A DNA stretch of 59,943 bases, filler included. It is 4 parts of 4 records of this genome, joined end to end, with 100 filler letters (N's around TTAATTAATTAA, not from the genome) between each part and the next. Parts side by side here need not be neighbours in the genome. Positions count along the whole stretch, not along the records: positions 52,838 to 59,943 come from DRR723986_5023; 3 more parts are not named here. One strand, given 5' to 3'. How positions within the stretch are numbered: the stretch's first letter is position 1; each line of letters begins with the position of its first letter. Below, in pieces: positions 57,205 through 59,943 of this stretch. Below the pieces are notes generated by a model. The model was not told the origin of the DNA. It saw only the letters and a list, made by a program, of their open reading frames with translations, and did no database searches. The translations under genes were made by a program, and so were the position numbers.

Positions 57205-59049
57205 TCAGGGTGAATCGTCCCGGTAGTCGCGCAGCGGTGCCGGTTTGCCGAACAGCATGGCCGCGCTCAGCAACAGGCGCTCGGCGGGGCCGAAGCGGGC
57301 GCGCTCTTCCAGTACCTGGCGTGCGAGGGCCGGTTCGTCGGTGATGATCCCGTCGACCCCCCGCGACATCCACGCGGACAAGGCTGCGGCTTCATTGATT
57401 GTCCACACGAACACCGGTTTGTCCGCGGCGTGGGCGCGGCGGATAAATCCCCGACTGGCCATCGCTGAGTTCACCGCGAGAAAATCCACATCCTTGCGGC
57501 TCAGGTCGCCGATCGCCTGGGCCGCGAGCAGTCCCGCGGTCCAGTCCGGGCGCAATTCGCGGACCCGGCGGATGCCGTCGAAATTGAGTGACATCAGCAC
57601 GATCTCATCTGCCATGCCAGCGGCTTCCACGACATCGATGACCCGCTGTTCCAGCTGTTCGTCGTGGCCGTAGTATTTCAGCTCGATTACCAGTTTGGCG
57701 CGACCGCGCACGGTCTCCAGTACCTCGGCGAGGGTCGGTACCCGCTGGTCGGCGAACTCGGGGTCGAACCAGCTGCCGATATCGAGTTGCCGGATCTCCT
57801 CCAGGTCGCCGTTCCAGACGCGCAGCGGGTTTTGGGCGAGCTTCATAAAATCGCTGTCGTGGACGACGATGACCTCTCCGTCACGGGTTTCCTGGACATC
57901 GATTTCCACCCAGTCAGCGCCGTCGTCCAGCGCGCGTTGCACTGCCGCCAGGGTATTTTCCGGTGCGGCCCCTGCCGCCCCGCGGTGCGCCACAATCAGC
58001 ACATCATCCTCAACCGGAATGCTCTTGAGCAGCCACCAGCCGGCTCCGCCGGCGGCAAAAACCAGCAGGCCCGCACTGAGTATCACGCCCGGTGCGCGCA
58101 GCGACAGGTTCAGGTCATCGGGCAACGACTCCCGCAGGCGCTGGGCATTATTGGGCGCCAGTTGGCTGTACAGCCAGCCGATGGCAATGGCCAGGGCGCC
58201 GAGGGAGAGCGCCGAGGTCACGGTACCCAGGGCGAGCCAGCCGAGGGTAACGGCGCCCAGTAGCAAGACCAGGGTAGCCAGTCGCTCGAAGGGCAGGCTG
58301 ACCGTGAAGCCCCAGGCCAGGTCGAGCAGGGCGGCGGATATCAGGACCAGGGTAATGACCACGACCACCCAGGTACCGGCCGCGGCCACTGCCACCCGGC
58401 GATACTTGTTGACCAGCTTGCGGCTGCGTTTGAATGCCGCCCCCGGCTGGACGTCATCGAACAATGCCAACGGTAGCACCAGCGACCAGTCGAGCAGGCG
58501 TCCGCCCAGCATCCAGGCCAGTAACAGGGTGGGCAGGGCCGTACCGGCGAGTGCGTAATAGAACGCCGGGGGACGTTGGGCAAGATAGTAGTTAATGTCG
58601 TGGTCAGTGAGCAGCAGCCAGGCGATTACCCCGACCAGCGCGAGATAGGGCACCAGGTAAGCGAGGACGCGGATCACCAGATGGATGGTGGTGAGCAGGA
58701 TGCGCCGGGCATTGTGCAGGGCGAATAGCGCTGCTGCCGGCGCATGGATGACCTGCTTGTCCCGGGCCGCGACAACGATGGCCAGCAGGGCGACGATCTC
58801 CAGGGCTGCGATCGCCAGCGCGACGCTGAGCACCAGCACCGCTGATGCGAGGCCCAGCGGAGTCAGCAGGACCATGATGATTTCCTGGTCTGCTACCGCC
58901 TCGTTGCCGGACAGAGCCAGCAGGCCGCGCAGCAGCAGGCCGGACAAGGGGGTGAGCAGGGCCGTTCCCAGCAGGACGAACAGCAGGTGAACGCTGAGCA
59001 GGGCGCGCCAATGCCGGCGCAGTGCAGCCCACAGACGGGACGGACGCAT
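57205..59049 (-). CDS. Glycerophosphodiester phosphodiesterase with N-terminal membrane domain
   Basis: Multi-TM N-terminal half; AHRG...APENT, EIDVQET.DG...HD, IELK, VWTIN, GVDGIITD. Confidence 0.93.
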   Translation of the reverse strand: MRPSRLWAALRRHWRALLSVHLLFVLLGTALLTPLSGLLLRGLLALSGNEAVADQEIIMVLLTPLGLASAVLVLSVALAIAALEIVALLAIVVAARDKQVIHAPAAALFALHNARRILLTTIHLVIRVLAYLVPYLALVGVIAWLLLTDHDINYYLAQRPPAFYYALAGTALPTLLLAWMLGGRLLDWSLVLPLALFDDVQPGAAFKRSRKLVNKYRRVAVAAAGTWVVVVITLVLISAALLDLAWGFTVSLPFERLATLVLLLGAVTLGWLALGTVTSALSLGALAIAIGWLYSQLAPNNAQRLRESLPDDLNLSLRAPGVILSAGLLVFAAGGAGWWLLKSIPVEDDVLIVAHRGAAGAAPENTLAAVQRALDDGADWVEIDVQETRDGEVIVVHDSDFMKLAQNPLRVWNGDLEEIRQLDIGSWFDPEFADQRVPTLAEVLETVRGRAKLVIELKYYGHDEQLEQRVIDVVEAAGMADEIVLMSLNFDGIRRVRELRPDWTAGLLAAQAIGDLSRKDVDFLAVNSAMASRGFIRRAHAADKPVFVWTINEAAALSAWMSRGVDGIITDEPALARQVLEERARFGPAERLLLSAAMLFGKPAPLRDYRDDSP

Positions 59050-59096
59050 GAGAGTTCCGGATGACGTCGATATCGACTTTATCCAGAAGGTAGCAC

Positions 59097-59122
59097 AAAG
59101 CCTCCGCCTGGGCGGAGGCCTT
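59097..59122 (-). terminator. Probable terminator after the helicase gene
   Basis: GCCTCCGCC-tg-GGCGGAGGC inverted repeat; short TTTG tail on minus strand. Confidence 0.65.
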
Positions 59123-59143
59123 CGTTCAGGGTGCCGTCAGCGC

Positions 59144-59941
59144 CTAGCTGGCGCGGCGAGCACCGCTGCGCCGGCGGTTGCCGGGACGATTGCGACCACC
59201 GTTGCTATTACCCGGTGCGCGACGGCCATTGGATGCGCGCTGGGCCGGCGGCGTGGAGCGCTTCTGCGGCAGCTGGTGCTCCGGCTCGAAACCGTCAACC
59301 TCCTGCCGCGGCAGGGTCTGGCGGATCAGCCGCTCGATACCGTACAGGTGGTCCGCTTCATCGGCGCTGACCAGGGAGTGCGCACTGCCGGCCATCCCGG
59401 CGCGCCCGGTGCGCCCGATGCGATGGACGTAGTCTTCCGGCACATTGGGCATGTCGAAGTTCACCACCTGGGGCAGCTGGTCGATATCGATGCCGCGTGC
59501 GGCGATGTCAGTTGCTACCAGGGCCTGTACCTTGCCGCGCTTGAAGCCATCCAGCGCCTGGGTGCGGGCGTTCTGGCTCTTGTTGCCATGAATGGCCGCG
59601 CTGGTGATACCGGCTTTCTCCAGCTGTTTGCACAGCTTGTTGGCACCGTGCTTGGTGCGGGTAAAGACCAGCACCTGCTCCCAGGCATTCTCCCGGACCA
59701 GGTGGGTCAGCAGGGCGGGTTTGCGGCCCTTGTCTACCGGGTAAATCCACTGCTCGACGCGCTCGGCCGTGGAGTTCGGCGGGCTCACCTCGACCTGGGC
59801 AGGATCGACCAGGAACTGGGCAGCCAATTGGCGGATCGGCCCGGAGAAAGTGGCGGAAAACATCAGTGTCTGGCGTTGTTGCGGCAGCAGCTTCACGATC
59901 CGCTTGATGTCGTGGATGAAGCCCATGTCGAGCATGCGGTC
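59144..59941 (-). CDS. rhlE: DEAD-box RNA helicase, RhlE-like, 5'-truncated by window edge
   Basis: [52 protein letters not shown]; basic tail. Confidence 0.88.
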   Translation of the reverse strand, partial: DRMLDMGFIHDIKRIVKLLPQQRQTLMFSATFSGPIRQLAAQFLVDPAQVEVSPPNSTAERVEQWIYPVDKGRKPALLTHLVRENAWEQVLVFTRTKHGANKLCKQLEKAGITSAAIHGNKSQNARTQALDGFKRGKVQALVATDIAARGIDIDQLPQVVNFDMPNVPEDYVHRIGRTGRAGMAGSAHSLVSADEADHLYGIERLIRQTLPRQEVDGFEPEHQLPQKRSTPPAQRASNGRRAPGNSNGGRNRPGNRRRSGARRAS

Positions 59942-59943
59942 GG

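Noticed and set aside
1-59943. CRISPR arrays, tRNA, rRNA, IS elements and defence systems
   Set aside because: No regularly spaced repeats, cloverleafs, rRNA signatures, transposases or recognisable defence genes found by inspection

Overview
The window is not one locus. It is four contigs joined by artificial 100-bp linkers (N44-TTAATTAATTAA-N44 at 18505-18604, 35321-35420 and 52738-52837), so no synteny should be read across them. Contig 1 (1-18504, Roseobacter-group-like): fabF (partial), mltG, a complete and apparently intact RcGTA-type gene transfer agent head-tail cluster (g1-g15), cysE and a convergent partial pdhC. Contig 2 (18605-35320, alphaproteobacterial, Hyphomicrobiales/Roseibium-like): peptide ABC ATPase, two tandem paralogous exported proteins, STAS-less SulP, lytic transglycosylase, histidine phosphatase, nudC, HIT, SRP RNA (ffs), three small unknown genes, dnaX-ybaB-recR, methyltransferase, CysZ-like protein, glutaminase and sdhCDA. 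Contig 3 (35421-52737, Rhodobacteraceae-like): ychF, a four-gene polyamine operon (speA, carboxy-polyamine dehydrogenase, nspC, ureohydrolase), a LysR-divergent uncharacterised catabolic operon, and the 3' end of a nar operon (narHJI, PPIase, carbonic anhydrase, moeA). Contig 4 (52838-59943, gammaproteobacterial-like): EVE, MscS, NUDIX, amidase, membrane GDPD and a partial RhlE-like helicase. Best leads: (i) cis-regulatory architecture of the GTA (CtrA-like box, sigma70-like promoter, leader terminator, a 12-bp element repeated before the portal, a long structured RNA after the capsid gene); (ii) a leaderless, probably autoregulated ribbon-helix-helix + HxxH-protein module between ffs and dnaX; (iii) the LysR-controlled ALDH/dipeptidase-like/unknown/DUF3726-like operon; (iv) a polyamine operon that may use the carboxyaminopropylagmatine route. 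All family and taxonomic calls come from recognising motifs by eye; no searches were run.
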